DNA of 64,000 bases, taken from assembly GCA_047495785.1 (NCBI GenBank), contig JBLDXI010000085.1:186001-250000 (forward strand), written 5' to 3'. This document shows, in pieces, positions 38,488 to 52,100 of this stretch. The notes below the pieces were generated by a model. It did no database searches. It was not told where the DNA came from and worked only from the letters and a program-made list of their open reading frames with translations. How positions within the stretch are numbered: position 1 is the stretch's first letter; each line of letters opens with the position of its first letter. The translations under genes were made by a program, and so were the position numbers. This DNA comes from Lepidodermella squamata. Its lineage: Eukaryota > Animalia > Gastrotricha.

Positions 38488-41400
38488 AATCAACTTGGTG
38501 AATTGCTTGAACCCAAGGAATTGGAGATAAACCGATCGTAATCCCAATTCCTAACTATACCGAATAGTGAAGATTATTTATTTTCGAACTGCCATTTATT
38601 GGATTTCTTTTCTTTTTCCTAATGTATTTTGCTTTGTGGAGTGACTTATAAAAAATAAATTGCATGCACTTCAAAAACATAAAAATCTAACGAGTCTCGT
38701 GATTGGTTGGACAGAGATCCTGGGTTTTTGCAGCCCTAAAACGTTCATTTTTCAGTTTCATTATCATTTTTTCACCACCGGTCAGCCGTTCCCTATTTCA
38801 TCATTTTTCGTAATTCATGTTTCATATGGCGCTTTTTGTCGGTGAATCAGCAGGGATCGTACAAGAAAGGAAGCCGCCGCAGAACGCAGAACCCATGATA
38901 CTGGTTGAGCGCTGTCAGATTTCATAATCCTGAGAGTAAATCAAATCGAATCAAGTCCAAAGCCTTGGTTAAATGACGGTTTCAAAGCTTCATAGGTTTG
39001 TTTCTAAATTTGTCTATAATGGAAGGCTGAAGGCTCCCGAATTTCCTGATGTCTAGTCAAGCCGAAGTTTTACAATAGATCGTAGTTGGGTCTAAAGTCT
39101 CGAAGGCAAATATCTGTCCAAAATGGCTTTTTTCATTACCTATTGTCCGTCTAATAGGCTGGATCGATGATCATCGATCCTGCGTAGGTACTAAAATTAT
39201 CACGCGTTCTACTAAAATATACTGTACGTAGGGTCGAATTCAAACGACACAGTGTCAAATTTAGATCCAAAGTCTAGTTTTTCACGATCTATTTACGCGA
39301 CCCTTTGTCAGCTTTGTTTTGGATTTTGATCCTTTTTCATTCGATGGATGGATAAGGAAAGGAGGGGGGTCATCATCAAAATGTGAATTTATCCCACTGT
39401 TTCGTTTATTTAAGAGGTTTTTGAGCGTGTTTTAGTGGAAAATCTTCAAATTCTCCCGCTCCACTCGCGTTTCCATCCCTGGCAGCGCCGGGATCTAAGA
39501 CCGCGCCCTGATTGTCGAAGATCTTAACTAAAATCAATGATGATCAATTACTGAAATCAGTAAAATTATCCTCGGATTCGACTTCGCACAATGACTGTGA
39601 TTATTTTTTATTTTATTATCAAATGCGCAAAATTTTGCTGTGAACTTGAAATCATGCCCTATTTACTCAAAGTTATCAAACAATCTGAACGGTTGGCGAT
39701 TCTTCAGGTGACAAAACTTCGAAGGACAGGAAATGAAAGAATCCTAGCAATTTTTCGCATTCCGCAGCCTTTATGTTGCGACTTATATTGAAGTATTTAT
39801 TTATATTTATTTATTTCTATGCTTTTAATGCTTAGATATTCTCAACTGCCAAGTTGGAGCATATCTCATAGCATTGGCCACAAGCTGGATGCATAAGCTG
39901 GGCTCACAGAAACACGAAAACTGACGACTAAACAAAACTTTTTTCGTGTGGATAGGTTTGAGCGATTGTAGCGATTGTTACTCCACCAAAACGGGTTTTC
40001 AGGTTTTCGCGTCTATCGTTTTCTCACCTGGATCTCTCCCGATTCCCCTTTCATTTCGCACACTGACTGTTGCTTTTCCCAAGCCTTATTTTCGCCTCTC
40101 AGCGAGCGATCCGCGGTCAAAGCGACAAGGAAGTCCTTTAGTACGCTGATAACGTACTTTTTCGTCTTTAAGACATAAAAAATCGTGATTTTTCATCGGG
40201 AGTGAAATTTCATCCTCGCCTACAAATATAATTCTGCTGTTTATACTGGACACGTTTAGCAACGCCCATCCGCTAAGAAAGCGACGCCCGCAGATATGTG
40301 CTGCAAGCCAAAAAATTCTCAGACACTGGGTGTATTCTTAGCTAGGTGTTTACGCATCTGAGTCCTGGCATTGCTTAGCACTAGCACTAGCAGCATAGTA
40401 CCTAGTAGTAGTTGATGTTTATAGCAGTGGGGGAGCAAAATAATCGATGCTTCGTTGCGGGCGCTTACAACTTCATTGCTGTATGCACATCTCACTTTTT
40501 CATCATGGTATTTACCCCAGAAATGTTGGACATCGTGCTATCATTTTCGAGCTTAACTCATCATATAACAGAGGCTTAATAGCATTCAATTAAGAGTTGT
40601 AGAAAATAAATTGAGGCCAAAAATGGCAGCGTTTTTTCGACTCAAAACCCGCAGCTTCATCTTTGCGAGTCCTTCTTAAAAGTTCTACTTTAATTAAACA
40701 AATCAAATTAATTAGAACATCATAACTGTGACATGTCATTCTTAAGCTAGAGATTCCCTTTAATAATTATATTTGAGATTTGAGAGAAGATTAGTTTCTT
40801 GGAAAATTCATCTTAAATATTCTGGCTTTAGCTTGAAGTCCGTTATGCACTAATTCATTGTTTCTGGGTCAACCGGACATGTTTGAATTTTTTTTATTTT
40901 TATAGATTTATTACCAAATCTAGACATTATATTCTATGAAGAAAGCTCCACTGAGGCCAACGGCGGTTTATCCTTCGAATTTCGCAAAATCAGCATGCGG
41001 TGTCTCGTCAAACATTGTCAATCATCACGTCAATATCGGCATAGCTCTGCGAACGTTTTTCTCATGCTACAAAAATCACCTCGCCGATCTGATGAAACAA
41101 GCTGAGGCGAGGGAAAAAGAGGAATCGGTAAATTGTTTTTTCCTGAATTTTTTTTTATTTTTTTATTTTTTTTTACAGGTAGCAAACATCGGGAATAGTC
41201 TTTTCTCAGCCTTTCACCGACCTGAAGGCAAGGCCGAAGAACTGAGGCGATTTAGATTGCGACTACGACCTGCCGCTGGCGTGCGATTTGTGTAGCTAAA
41301 TTACATGCGTCATCTCACTTATGTCATATCGTCATTCTACTGTTTAACCTGCTTCTCTTTCACTGCAGAGCCTGCGAGCAACATAATGAAAATAAATTTC

Positions 41401-42204
41401 TATATAACCTTGGTGAAATTATTATCAATATTTCGGCCAAATCAGAGAATGGTCTTTTTCCAGGTCATCCCGATTGGGCGCACGCCCTACTTTTGCGGGT
41501 TGCTTTATTGGGGCAACAGTGCCGCTGCGCGCAATCGATATATTTATATTGATTGTGATATATATGGTTTCGCAGACGGTCCGGTGCGTAAACATCAGCG
41601 CGAATTTCTAGGATCTAGGACATGTCGTTGAGAAGTACGGATGCCTTCGCGTCCATTTGACACCATGTCATTCGCTCAGTATTCAATGAGTCATTTAAAG
41701 CCATACAGAGCACTCAATTCTGGCACATGAAACATCTGCTGAGTATCCATAGTGACAATCCAAACCGTGGACACTGCTTCAACTAACAACTTCGAAAACC
41801 GACATTCGAATGGAAAAAAATGAAAATATGAAATAAGACCATCCCTGTTCCTTTTTTAAAGTGGATACACCGACTTTCATTCGCAAAACTTTGAATTTTC
41901 CTGGAAATTTGTATGGCTTGAATATATTTGAAAATACCATAGAGCAAGGTTAAACCTATGCTGATTCATACTTCTCAGTTTATTTGTGAAGTTTGGCTTC
42001 ATCTCAGACGACATTCAGTGCCTAAATTGTGACTTCAATAGATTTTAGATCCTGTCCAAAAATGGCTAATTTTATTATGACTTGTTGCGATCAAATAGAC
42101 TGGAACTATGGACGTCGATCATGCCTAGTTTGCATACGGCACGCGGCCTCAAAATTACTAAAATTTTCCGACTATGCGTTTTGCGCCAAGTCCACGACAG
42201 AAGT

Positions 42205-43153
42205 AAATGTGTTGGTAGAGAGATCGATTGCGAAATTCTTCGCCGACGATACGAAGCTATACCGGGCGATCCGTTCTTTAAGCGATTGCATCGAACTGCA
42301 GAAAGACTTGGATGAAATCATCAACTGGTTTGACGCTAACGGCCTGTCTGTGAATTCGAAAAAATGCGTCGTGCTTATACTCGGGCAAAACAAATTTATG
42401 TTCAAATTCAAAATTAAAGATGTCGAGCTTGATGTTGTGGACTCAGTGAAAGACCTCGGAATAATTATTGATAAAAATCTCACCTTCTCTGAGCACTGTA
42501 ACGCATTGGCAACTAAATGCCACAGAATTAACGGTGTTATTTGTAAATCGTTCGCCTCTAAATCCTTACGTCTCAAAGCCTATAAAACGTATACTTTATC
42601 TCGTCTTGACTTTTGCCCGTCTGTTTACTCGCCTTACCTAATAACAGATATTGAAAAGGTCGAATCTATTCAAATCCGCTTCACAAAACGTTTGCTATAT
42701 CGTAGTACCTACTACTCATCGATCGAAGGCTCCTCCTATGAAGAACGACTAAAAAAGCTTGGGTTGTGTTCACTCGAATTAAGACGCTACCAACACGATC
42801 TTGCGTTATGTCATAAAATGTACCAGCGTGCTGTGGACTTAAATTTCTCTGACTTCTTTAATATTTCCACTAATCCGCGCTTACCGCATCATTCTGTTAC
42901 GATGGAAAGCTACAGTCATGCCAGCTCTCAGTTTTCATTTGTGAGGCGAGTGCGTCCAGCTTGGAACCGGCTACCATCTTCCGTCGTTAATAATTCGTAT
43001 TCTTCATTCTTGAAATATCTTAAATGTACTGACTTGGAAAAATTCACAATTTCTGTGGTGAGGCGCCATAACTTAACGTTTTGTTAATTCCTAATTGCTA
43101 AATGTCGAAAGACAAATTGCAAAATAAAACAGTATCAGTATCAGTATCAGTAT
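42205..43153 (+). mobile_element. 5'-truncated non-LTR retrotransposon (CR1/L2-like LINE ORF2 C-terminus)
   Basis: RT motif FFADDTKLY..LQKDLD..W..N.L.VN.KKC..KDLGIIID..LTFSEH; C-terminal IEKVESIQIRFTK..SYEERLKKLGLCSLELRR..WNRLP. The 3' end has AATAAA then (CAGTAT)4 at 43130-43153. The 5' boundary is approximate. Confidence 0.9.
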
Positions 43154-43366
43154 CCACTTTTACTCTCCGAATGGACGGAACTAGTATGGGCCCGGAATTG
43201 AGCTACTATTGCCACTCCCTTTTGGCCTATTTTAACTTTTTCTCCGACTTATTATCAGCTCTATGGAGTTCTCATGCAGTTATCAGCATGTCTCCGCCAT
43301 GTCTTATCTCGAACCTCTTATATAAAGCAATGAAAACCCATCGAGGTCGGGAGAAAGTTTAAAAAT

Positions 43367-44782
43367 ATGCTTCGAATTGCTGTAGTGATTTTCTTTCTTT
43401 CTGCTGGGGCCGATGCGATCGGTTATCGCTACTCAAAACCTCGTCTCAGTCCAGACGGCGAGGCTAGACAGCTCGAAGATATCGACCCAGGCGAGCCGCT
43501 ATTCCTAACACCATACATCAAATCAAACCAAAGCATGTACGCCCAAAAGCTGGCAGCAGTCGTGCCATTAGCTCCATTCGCTCCTCGAAGCTACTCCGGC
43601 TTCATCACCGTGGACAACGCGACCAATACGAACCTTTTCTTTTGGGTTGTTCGGTCGTCCCACAATGACGGCTGGACCCCATTGATTCTGTGGCTGCCAG
43701 ACGGCCCTGGAACCTCTGGAATGTTCAGTTTCCTCAACGAGCATGGCCCGCTACAAATCGACAAAAACCTGAAACCGTCCAAGCGATTGAACTCTTGGAC
43801 AGATCGTTACAGTGTGCTCTACGTCGACAGCCCAGTTGGGAGCGGGTTCTCCTTCACAGATTCGAAGGACGGGTATCGGCTGAATGATACAGCTGTAGTA
43901 GACCATCTTTACGAATTCCTACTTCAAATCTACACGCTACTCAAGCCTATGCGAGATTTCCCGTTTTACATAGCTGGTGAAGGTTATGCTGGCAAATATG
44001 CGTCTCTTCTTGCTAAGAAAATGTTCGACATGGAAAGCATAAATAGCGGCCTCCTACCTAAATTGCAAGGAATTTTACTTGGAAACTCGTTTACAGACCC
44101 AGCTTCAATATTGAAAAGCTACCCTGATTTTTTATTAAGCCGGGGATTGCTGACCCAAGGTCAGAAAACTCATTTCAAACAACAGACTGACCTTGCGATC
44201 GATTATGTTAACACCGGTAGCTTCAGTTCAGCTTTTTCGATCTACGACTCTTTGATCAATGGCGATTTATTTGAATATGGCTCGTATTTCACGAATTCTA
44301 CCGGTTGTTCTGGGTATTTCAACATGTTGAACTGCCAGGATTCGCCTGATTTAGGCTATTGGGCGCCATTCTTGGACCTTAATTCAACTAGAAAGGCTCT
44401 CCACGTTGGATCGACCCCTTTCAATCCTCATTCGAAGCTCGTCGAGCAGTTATTGGTTGGCGATATCATGAAATCGGTCAAGAATGAGGTCGAATACCTC
44501 TTGAACCACGTTCCAATCATGTTTTACACCGGGAATCTCGACATTATTGTCCCAACACCCGGTATCGATGCTTTTTTGAGGTCGTTAACTTGGACTGGGT
44601 CGAACAACTGGCGATTTTCTAACAGGACTATTTGGACTGACCCTGATGATGAAGCTTGGGTCTATGCGAGTAATCATGACACATTGACTTATGCTGTGAT
44701 AAGAAATGCCGGGCATTTAGTAGCCTATGATCAGGCAAAGACTTTCTATTTGTTGGCCAGTCAGTTTATTGGCGATTGGTGA
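43367..44782 (+). CDS. Secreted serine carboxypeptidase S10 family protein (CPVL-like), intronless, catalytic Ser replaced by Gly
   Basis: 471-aa ORF with a signal peptide and motifs GEPLFLTPYI, SYSGFITV, NLFFW, PLILWLPDGPG, YVDSPVGSGFSF, FYIAGEGYAGKY, GNLDIIV, RNAGHLV. TATATAAA at 43319; AATAAA just after the stop. Confidence 0.93.
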   Translation: MLRIAVVIFFLSAGADAIGYRYSKPRLSPDGEARQLEDIDPGEPLFLTPYIKSNQSMYAQKLAAVVPLAPFAPRSYSGFITVDNATNTNLFFWVVRSSHNDGWTPLILWLPDGPGTSGMFSFLNEHGPLQIDKNLKPSKRLNSWTDRYSVLYVDSPVGSGFSFTDSKDGYRLNDTAVVDHLYEFLLQIYTLLKPMRDFPFYIAGEGYAGKYASLLAKKMFDMESINSGLLPKLQGILLGNSFTDPASILKSYPDFLLSRGLLTQGQKTHFKQQTDLAIDYVNTGSFSSAFSIYDSLINGDLFEYGSYFTNSTGCSGYFNMLNCQDSPDLGYWAPFLDLNSTRKALHVGSTPFNPHSKLVEQLLVGDIMKSVKNEVEYLLNHVPIMFYTGNLDIIVPTPGIDAFLRSLTWTGSNNWRFSNRTIWTDPDDEAWVYASNHDTLTYAVIRNAGHLVAYDQAKTFYLLASQFIGDW

Positions 44783-44995
44783 TAAATAAATCAGGTTAAA
44801 CATGACCCACTTGTTTTTCTGTATTTCTTGGCGGTTATTAAGGAGGCTCGTATTTATTTGATTCCATAAATAGAAATACGTGACTCCTGAAAAAGGTCAT
44901 TTTTAATTCGGACGCAACGATCGCGTGCCATTTTAGTTCCGTTCGGATATTTTTTAAAAGCCTTCATTCGAGTTTTTTTCAACATCATATTAAAC

Positions 44996-47114
44996 ATGAT
45001 GAAGGCTTCAGGTCTTTTCTTTTTATTTTGCCTTTTTGGGGGTGTTTCTTGCCAATGGAAGCGCTGCATGTCACTGCTAGACAACTCATTCGTGGACTGT
45101 TCGATGTCTTGTGATTTATTGAATGAATATCAGGTTTTTTTTATGATTTTTCCACCTTTTCATTATCATTGGCAACCAATTTTTCTATTTGTAGTCCGGC
45201 TCCAGCATTTCCACTTATGATTTGTGTCGAAGTGGGGTGAGCAATCATGAAACTCTAATTCCAAATCAGATTTCATTTCCCCGAACAGAATGGCCGCATG
45301 TGTTACAAATTCGCCACCTTAACCCCTAGTTGCCGCCCTGGAATTGTTCCGTGCAAAGCTCCGGATGAAATATCGGTGCGTTATTGTGTAAATTTATTCT
45401 AGCCTATAATATTTTTCTCGATCAGTTTCAGCCTTTCTACAGCCGATCGATACTTCGCTCAAGTTTGCAATTCTGCGAAGCCGACAGAAATAATTTTGCG
45501 GTATTTTGCGATTTGAATTAATCAAATTAATAATAACTTGTATTTGTTCCAGAATCAAAATTTCAAGCAGTGCTCATTGAATGGCACTCTGATCACTTGC
45601 GTTCCAATCAATCAAACGTGCCCTAACATCACTGTAAGGCTTGTTTGAAAGCGTTTGAGAATTAACAGTGATGTCTGTGAACTATTAGGAAAAATAAATT
45701 AATTCATGAAACCTCTATAATAAAAAATTATTTTATTTTGAAAAATCAATTCCCGTATCCGGAATGTATTTTCCGAAATTCCTAAATTTAGGACGATGGG
45801 GGAATAATGTTGTAAATATTTTCTTTTTGGGAATTGTCTTATACATGCCGTTTCATTTTTGTTCACAAGGCTACTGGCGCTCGAACATATTCCAACCTGG
45901 CAACTTGCGTCGATGGAAAAAGTGACTGTCTTAATTAATTAATTTCGCTCTTGTAACTCAATTTGTTTTCAGTTCAAGTGCCAGACAGTGAGAAGCCGCA
46001 TGTTCGCTGTTTCAGCAACCCTGGGCGGATTTTCAATGGCTGTCGCCTCAGCTCAACCGGCTGCTCCGCTATCAACGAGACCCAAGAAGCAGCTCCAAAG
46101 CCGTACATCAACCGAGATAACTGCCTTCGAGGGGTAAGTTCAATTTCGAACTCAATCCTCTCAGTCAGAGCCCGTCTGCTGATTCCAGGCTGCAGCTCAG
46201 TGCGACTCAAACGGAACGAAGCTTTGTGTTGGAAGAGAATGCCCTGCGGGATCGACCCAGGTAACAACTCGAGAAAGTCAAAATTGGAAGACAAATTAAA
46301 ATTAGTAGCCTTGTCCTTTTTATCGCCTTATTTTCGTGCAGTCCGATAGGGCTCCTAGAAGTGAAGCCAAATTCATTTTGAGTTTCTTTAATCCCACTGG
46401 AATTTACAAATTGCCTTGCAATTAGGTTAAAATCCTCATCCAGAAATAAAATCGTAGAAAATGTGACCATCAAGTAGTTTTTTGGAATTTTTGCTATACC
46501 TATTTTTATCTTTCAGTCGAAGCTCTACTTTAATACGACAACCTTCCAAATGAATTACGAGACTTGTTTAGCAGATATTAAGCCGGTACGTTTGAAGCGA
46601 TTTGTTGACTTTTTGTGGCCGTGAAATTGCGTTTCTTTCACAGCCAGTCTTTTTTCGGTGTCTCGGACCAAACGGCGTTGTTACATGCCGACCATCTGTT
46701 TGCAACGTTGACGAGCAGAAATATCCAAAGAAAAGTTACACCAGCCAATCAGCTTGTCAAAACGCAGTGAAAACCGTGCAATTTCACGGTGGAGCCTATA
46801 CTCGCTCTGCAGGAGACGGAAATTGCAAGTTGTTCGGTGGGCTGTTGGTGACTATCAAAACGCAGGCGGAGCTTGACAGAGCCTTGGCAGATCTTATCGC
46901 CACAACTTTTGGCCACATTGGCTTGTCCAATAAGTCTGGAAATTGGACGTGGGACGACGGCACGCCGTATACCAACTTCCCGCCCTGGGATTCCAACGCT
47001 GGCGAGCCAAATTTCGGCGCTGAGGCCTGTGCCATGCTATACGATGCTGGAGTCATCCAAGACTCGGGCTGTAACGATAAAGCGAGCGGTTTCTTTTGTG
47101 AAACCTTCGCTTGA
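44996..47114 (+). CDS. Secreted six-repeat + C-type lectin L2 (10 exons, EPN motif)
   Basis: Signal MMKASGLFFLFCLFGGVSC; spliced frame open; CTLD CKLFGGLLVTI..HIGL..WTWDDGT..WDSNAGEPN..EACAML..IQDSGC..FFCE. Confidence 0.9.
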
Positions 47115-48904
47115 TACTGAAAAATCTTACCGATCTTACGAGCCGATTTGACATTTGACATTTGACTGTTAACTCTCTTCGTGTTGAATATTGCTGCAAT
47201 GTATTAACAATTTATTTTGAGAAATTCTATGCCTTGAACTCAAATACTTACGATATTAATTGTGAAAATAAAATATTATGTTTGGTCCGACGCCTTTCAA
47301 TCCTCTCTCTAAGCTCTTCGCCCCTCATTTTTGGCCACGGAGAAAATAAAACTTGTGAACAGTGGCGTTTATATGACCTTCTAAACTGCTTTTAGACCTC
47401 ATCATCGTAGATTTTGACGCCTTAGGAATACCCCAGACGCTACTGCATATTTACCTGCTACAGTTTCCGTTGGATAAAAACTCCGTGTTGAAACAGGGAC
47501 TCTATACCCGGCATTCTAACGTTGATAGTGGTTAAGGTTTAGTGCTCTGGCTAAAAATCAGATGCGATATTCGTGCGTCGGTTCAATTTCTACTGGCTAC
47601 TTTCAAAGAACAATTTTGCAGAGACTCAATGATGCCAGGTTCAGCAACCAGAAAATTCATCCATTCCAGCAGGCGTCAGTCGTGTAACGGTTTGGCATGG
47701 TTGATGGTTGCCTTCCAAGAAGAATCATCTGGCTCACGACGTAGACCCGACTAGTAAAATTAACGCTGATATTCCCCAAATCAGACTTCGAGAGGTCCCA
47801 TGATTCACCTCAACGCGGTCAAAACTCAAAAGACAACTAATGCACCTCGCAAAGCATCTAAAGCTTCGCAAAAGAAGCAGAGAAAGGTCGAGGTTGCTGA
47901 GGGACGGTAGTTTCACATTTTCGCTATTTCAACAATTGCTTGAATTTCGAAAGCCCCAGATTTTTGGAAATTTTTGGAAATTTCATGATTTACCGGTGTC
48001 AATTATGATTGATTTGATTGATTGATTGATTGATTGATTTGGTTCCGTGAAAATAGGTCATTGGTTGATTTTGATTGATTGAAGGAGGTCCGTGATTTAA
48101 GTGGCAACGCAAATACAATCAAATCCAAAGCTCTGACCCTCAGCAGGACTGAAACCGACGCGCAGATCCCGCACTAAACCTTATTCACTAATAATAATTG
48201 CCCAATGATTGCTCAGTATACGAAAATAATAGTACTCAAATAGCACAACTACGGGGCAGCTATGGTAGCGCTACGGCGACTGCTATTTCAGCGCTACCAC
48301 AGTGCTACGTAGCATTTTCGCGTGCTACGGCCAGCTCAAAACATGATAACCGTAATGGGATTTTCACGAATTTTCGCATACACCGTCGATATGAGGTAGG
48401 CTACCTGAAAACAAGTCGAAAACTGAAAAACACAGTTAGGATACGAATTTTCGAAAAGTCAGCATGTAGCCAGCTGAATGGCTTGGGCTGAATGTATATC
48501 CGTAGCGAAATCGTCATTCTCGTTTCCGCCTTGTTACTGTCGACCTCCAGGTGGTGATTGAATACATCGTTTCACGGTTATACATGCTTTCAAACCTTTT
48601 CAAGAGCGGGACTGTAATCTGAAGCCTTTGCCTGATTTTTCATTAATGTTAATGTTTACCTTTTATCACCGGTTCATATTAATCTTATTGGCCAATCCGT
48701 ATCCCTAATTGGTGATATGATTTTTTGTTAGATTTCATGAATTTGAAGTCAAGGGGAATTTTCTATAAGTTACGGAATCGCTACGGCGCCGTAGATGACC
48801 GGCCGTACCGGCACCGTAGTTGCGCCGTAGTTGACCGTGCCGGCAGTAAGGTGCGAGTGCTATTATTTTCGCCGACAAGCTTGAAAGGTCTGAACAACAC
48901 GTTA

Positions 48905-49038
48905 CTGTAAACGTAGTTATTTTCGCGTTATTTTTGAATTCGCGGCCGATCGATTTCGGCGGCAAATTTGACTTTGAACTGTTGTCAAACCGCGAAATCC
49001 GCGAAAATTAATCCACACGAAAATTACTACGTTTACAT
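48905..49038. mobile_element. TA-flanked MITE (Tc1/mariner-type)
   Basis: TA-CTGTAAACGTAGTTATTTTCG ... CGAAAATTACTACGTTTACAT-TA inverted termini. Confidence 0.75.
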
Positions 49039-49194
49039 TATTTATTATCGTAATTTATTATTATTGTCTGACGTAGGTGAAGGAATTGATATTCTTAAAA
49101 TAGAATGTTACATTGCATTATTTCAATTTTCAACACAAAGAGAGTTTAAAGTCAAATGTCAACTCGTAATATAGTCCGATAAGTTTCTTTCGCT

Positions 49195-52100
49195 TCAAGC
49201 GTAGGTTTCACAAAAAGAACCGCTCGCGCGAACGTTACAGTCCGAGTCTTTAAGGACCCCGCCTTGGTAAAGATAGGCGCAGGCATTTGTGCCGAAGTTG
49301 GGCTCGCCAGAATCCCAGGGCGGAAAGTTGGCATAAGGCGTGCCGTCGTCCCACGCCCAATTTCCAGACTTATTTGTCAAGCCAATGTGGGCGAAAGCAG
49401 AGAAGCCAAGATCTGCCAAGGCTTTGTCAAGCTCCGCCTGCGTTTGGATAGTCGCCAATAGCCCACCGGACCGCTTGCAACTTGTGTCGGCTGAAGGGCG
49501 AAAAAAGGCTCCAGGGAGATATTCCACGGTTTTGACGGCGTTTTGACAAGCTGATTGGCTTGTGAAGTTTTTCGTCGGGAATTTCCTCTCATCAACGTTG
49601 CACTCGGTTGATCGGCACGTAACAACGCCGTTTGGTCCGATACACCTATAATAGACGGCCTGAAGAAGAATTCACAAAATTCCACATCAACGGAAATGTA
49701 AAAAATGGCTGAAAACTTACCGGATTAAGGTCTGCTAAACAAGTCTCGTAATTTAATTGGAAGGATGTCGTATTAATGTAGAGCTTCATCTGAAAAGATA
49801 GCATCAAACACTAATTTCAACAATTTGTAGGATAGTAAAATTGTCCTTGATTTTATCTAGAATGGTGAGGATTTTTGAAAACGCAAGTACGAAGGAAAAT
49901 GTCCTGGCTTTCAGAATTCGACTTCGAAACGGCCCCTTACGGATAGCAAATGGGCGAAGAGCCCTTGTTATTTACGGCTAATTTACGGCTCCTTGCAATT
50001 AAAATTAACAACGGTGCGATTACATTCAGCGCGCGAAGTATGATCCTCGAACTAGGGAATATTTTCATACCCGAATGACCAAAGGGTCCCCCTGGGTTCC
50101 TTTCGATGTTTTCCACCTTGGCCTGCCGAACTGGGGGTACGATGTACGATACCCCTCACTTTTTTTAAGGAGTTCATAGATCATTCGAACTAGCCTCCAT
50201 TTATCGTTTCGAGTGGAATTCTTATATCTCCTAATTTCTAATGTACAAGAGGAAGAATTTAGTTGATTTTAAATGGTTTTTTCGAATTTCTAGTCTTCTA
50301 GTCTTCACGTATTGGCGCTATGATCGGTCAGTTTACGAATTGTACTACATCTTGTATAGCCGATGTCGCTTCTAAGAAGTATCGAATTTTGAGATCAGTG
50401 ATTTTCCCAATATCAACCGTCTTGGAACTCAACAGCGAAAATATTTATACGTAGCTCCGGGCACCATGTAGCTCGTAAAAATCCTAGGATCAGGGAGGGC
50501 ATTAGTATCGATCAAAAATCGAAACTCGCCGAAATCGTAAATAATCTGAAAAATATAATCTAGCGCCAGGACCCTTAAATTAAGTGCTGGAACCTCAATA
50601 TTAGTGGAGGAAATATTTGGACCAACAAATGTAACCTAGAGATAAAGGAATAATTACTGGGCAATTCCAGTGGGTTTAAAAAAACTCAAAATGAAGTTGT
50701 TTCACTTTTAAAAATCCTTAACGAGCGGGTTCTATGCCAATTGAGCAAACGAAAATTGAGCAACGAAAATTGAGCAACGAAAATTGAGCAAGGGCTTTTG
50801 AGCAACGATATTAGAGCAAACGAAATTAGAGCAAAATGACTTTTGAGCAAAACGACACTAGAGCAAATTTTATTTACAATAAATAACAGCTGCAATTAAT
50901 TATTAAATTTGCTCTAGTGTCGTTTTGCTCTAATTTCGTTTTGCTCAAAAGTCGTTGGCATAGAACCAACGAGCGCGGGCAACGAGCGCGCGCGCAAAAA
51001 TAAGCGGAAAATATGGGTCAATCTAAATCTTTCGTAAAAGGCAATTTCACTTATTCGCCTGTTTTTTTCAATTTTGAGTTTCTCAAGAGATTATATGGGT
51101 GAATACTATCAAAAACGGGTGCTACCTGGGTCGATCCGGCAGGACATTCTCTTCCAACGCAAAGCTTCGTTCCGCTTGAGTCACACTGAGCGGCAGCCTG
51201 GAATGAATCAACGGTCCTTCATCTGCCTTGGAGAATTTAGCTCGAAATTAAGCTTACCCCTCGCAGGCAGTTTTCCCGGTTGATGTACGGCTTTGGGGCT
51301 GCTTCCTGGGTCTCGTTGCCAGCCGAGCAGCCGACTGCACTGAGACGACAGCCATTGAAGATTCTCCCAGGGTTACTGAAACAGCGAACATGAGGCCTCT
51401 CACTATCTTGAACTTGAACTGAAAATAAATTCAGCTACACTAGGACACAAATAATTTATTGAATCACTTTTCCCATCGACGCAAGTTGCAAGGTTGGAAA
51501 ATGTTTGGACACCGGTAACCTGGTGAGAAAACAAAAAAAAGCCAATTTAATGCTAGAGATTTTTTTAGGCGACAATCAGACAAGACAATTGGAGCGGAAT
51601 TCTCAAAAATGTAACATTTATGAAAATATTCTCCAAATATTTATAATTTTATATTTTATATTACCCGGGTTATGAAATTCCTGAAATTTAAGAATTTTGG
51701 TAAATACCTGTTACCTTCAATTCAAAATTTGTGGTTTCATAGACTGATGTATTCTTTCATTTTTGGAACTCGATAATCTAAACGAAGCTATTTTAAAAAA
51801 TTTCGGAGCTACGTAGTTCATAATAGTTCGCGAAAATCATTATAAGGTTCGAATAAATAAAGGATATACCGTGCTGTTAGGGCACGTTTGGTTGATTGGG
51901 ATGCACGTGACAGGCAAGCCATTCAATGAGCACTGCTTGAATTTTTGATTCTGAAAAATACAGATTCTAATTTCAGCGATCAATTCATAAAAATCGAAAC
52001 GTACCGCAAAATTATTTCTATCAGCTTCACAGAATTGCAAACTCGAGCGAAGTAGTGATCGGCTGTAGAAAGGCTGGAACTGATCAAGAAAACAGTTATA

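Noticed and set aside
42029-42204. N-terminal part of the 352-aa LINE ORF
   Set aside because: It does not resemble RT upstream of the FADD motif and is probably flanking DNA read in frame with a 5'-truncated element.
48004-48082. (GATT)n tract as a functional element
   Set aside because: Ordinary microsatellite, also present degenerately in the inverted copy near 56880.
48230-48850. CTACGG/CCGTAG-rich short repeats
   Set aside because: Probably MITE debris. No clear termini or TSD could be defined.
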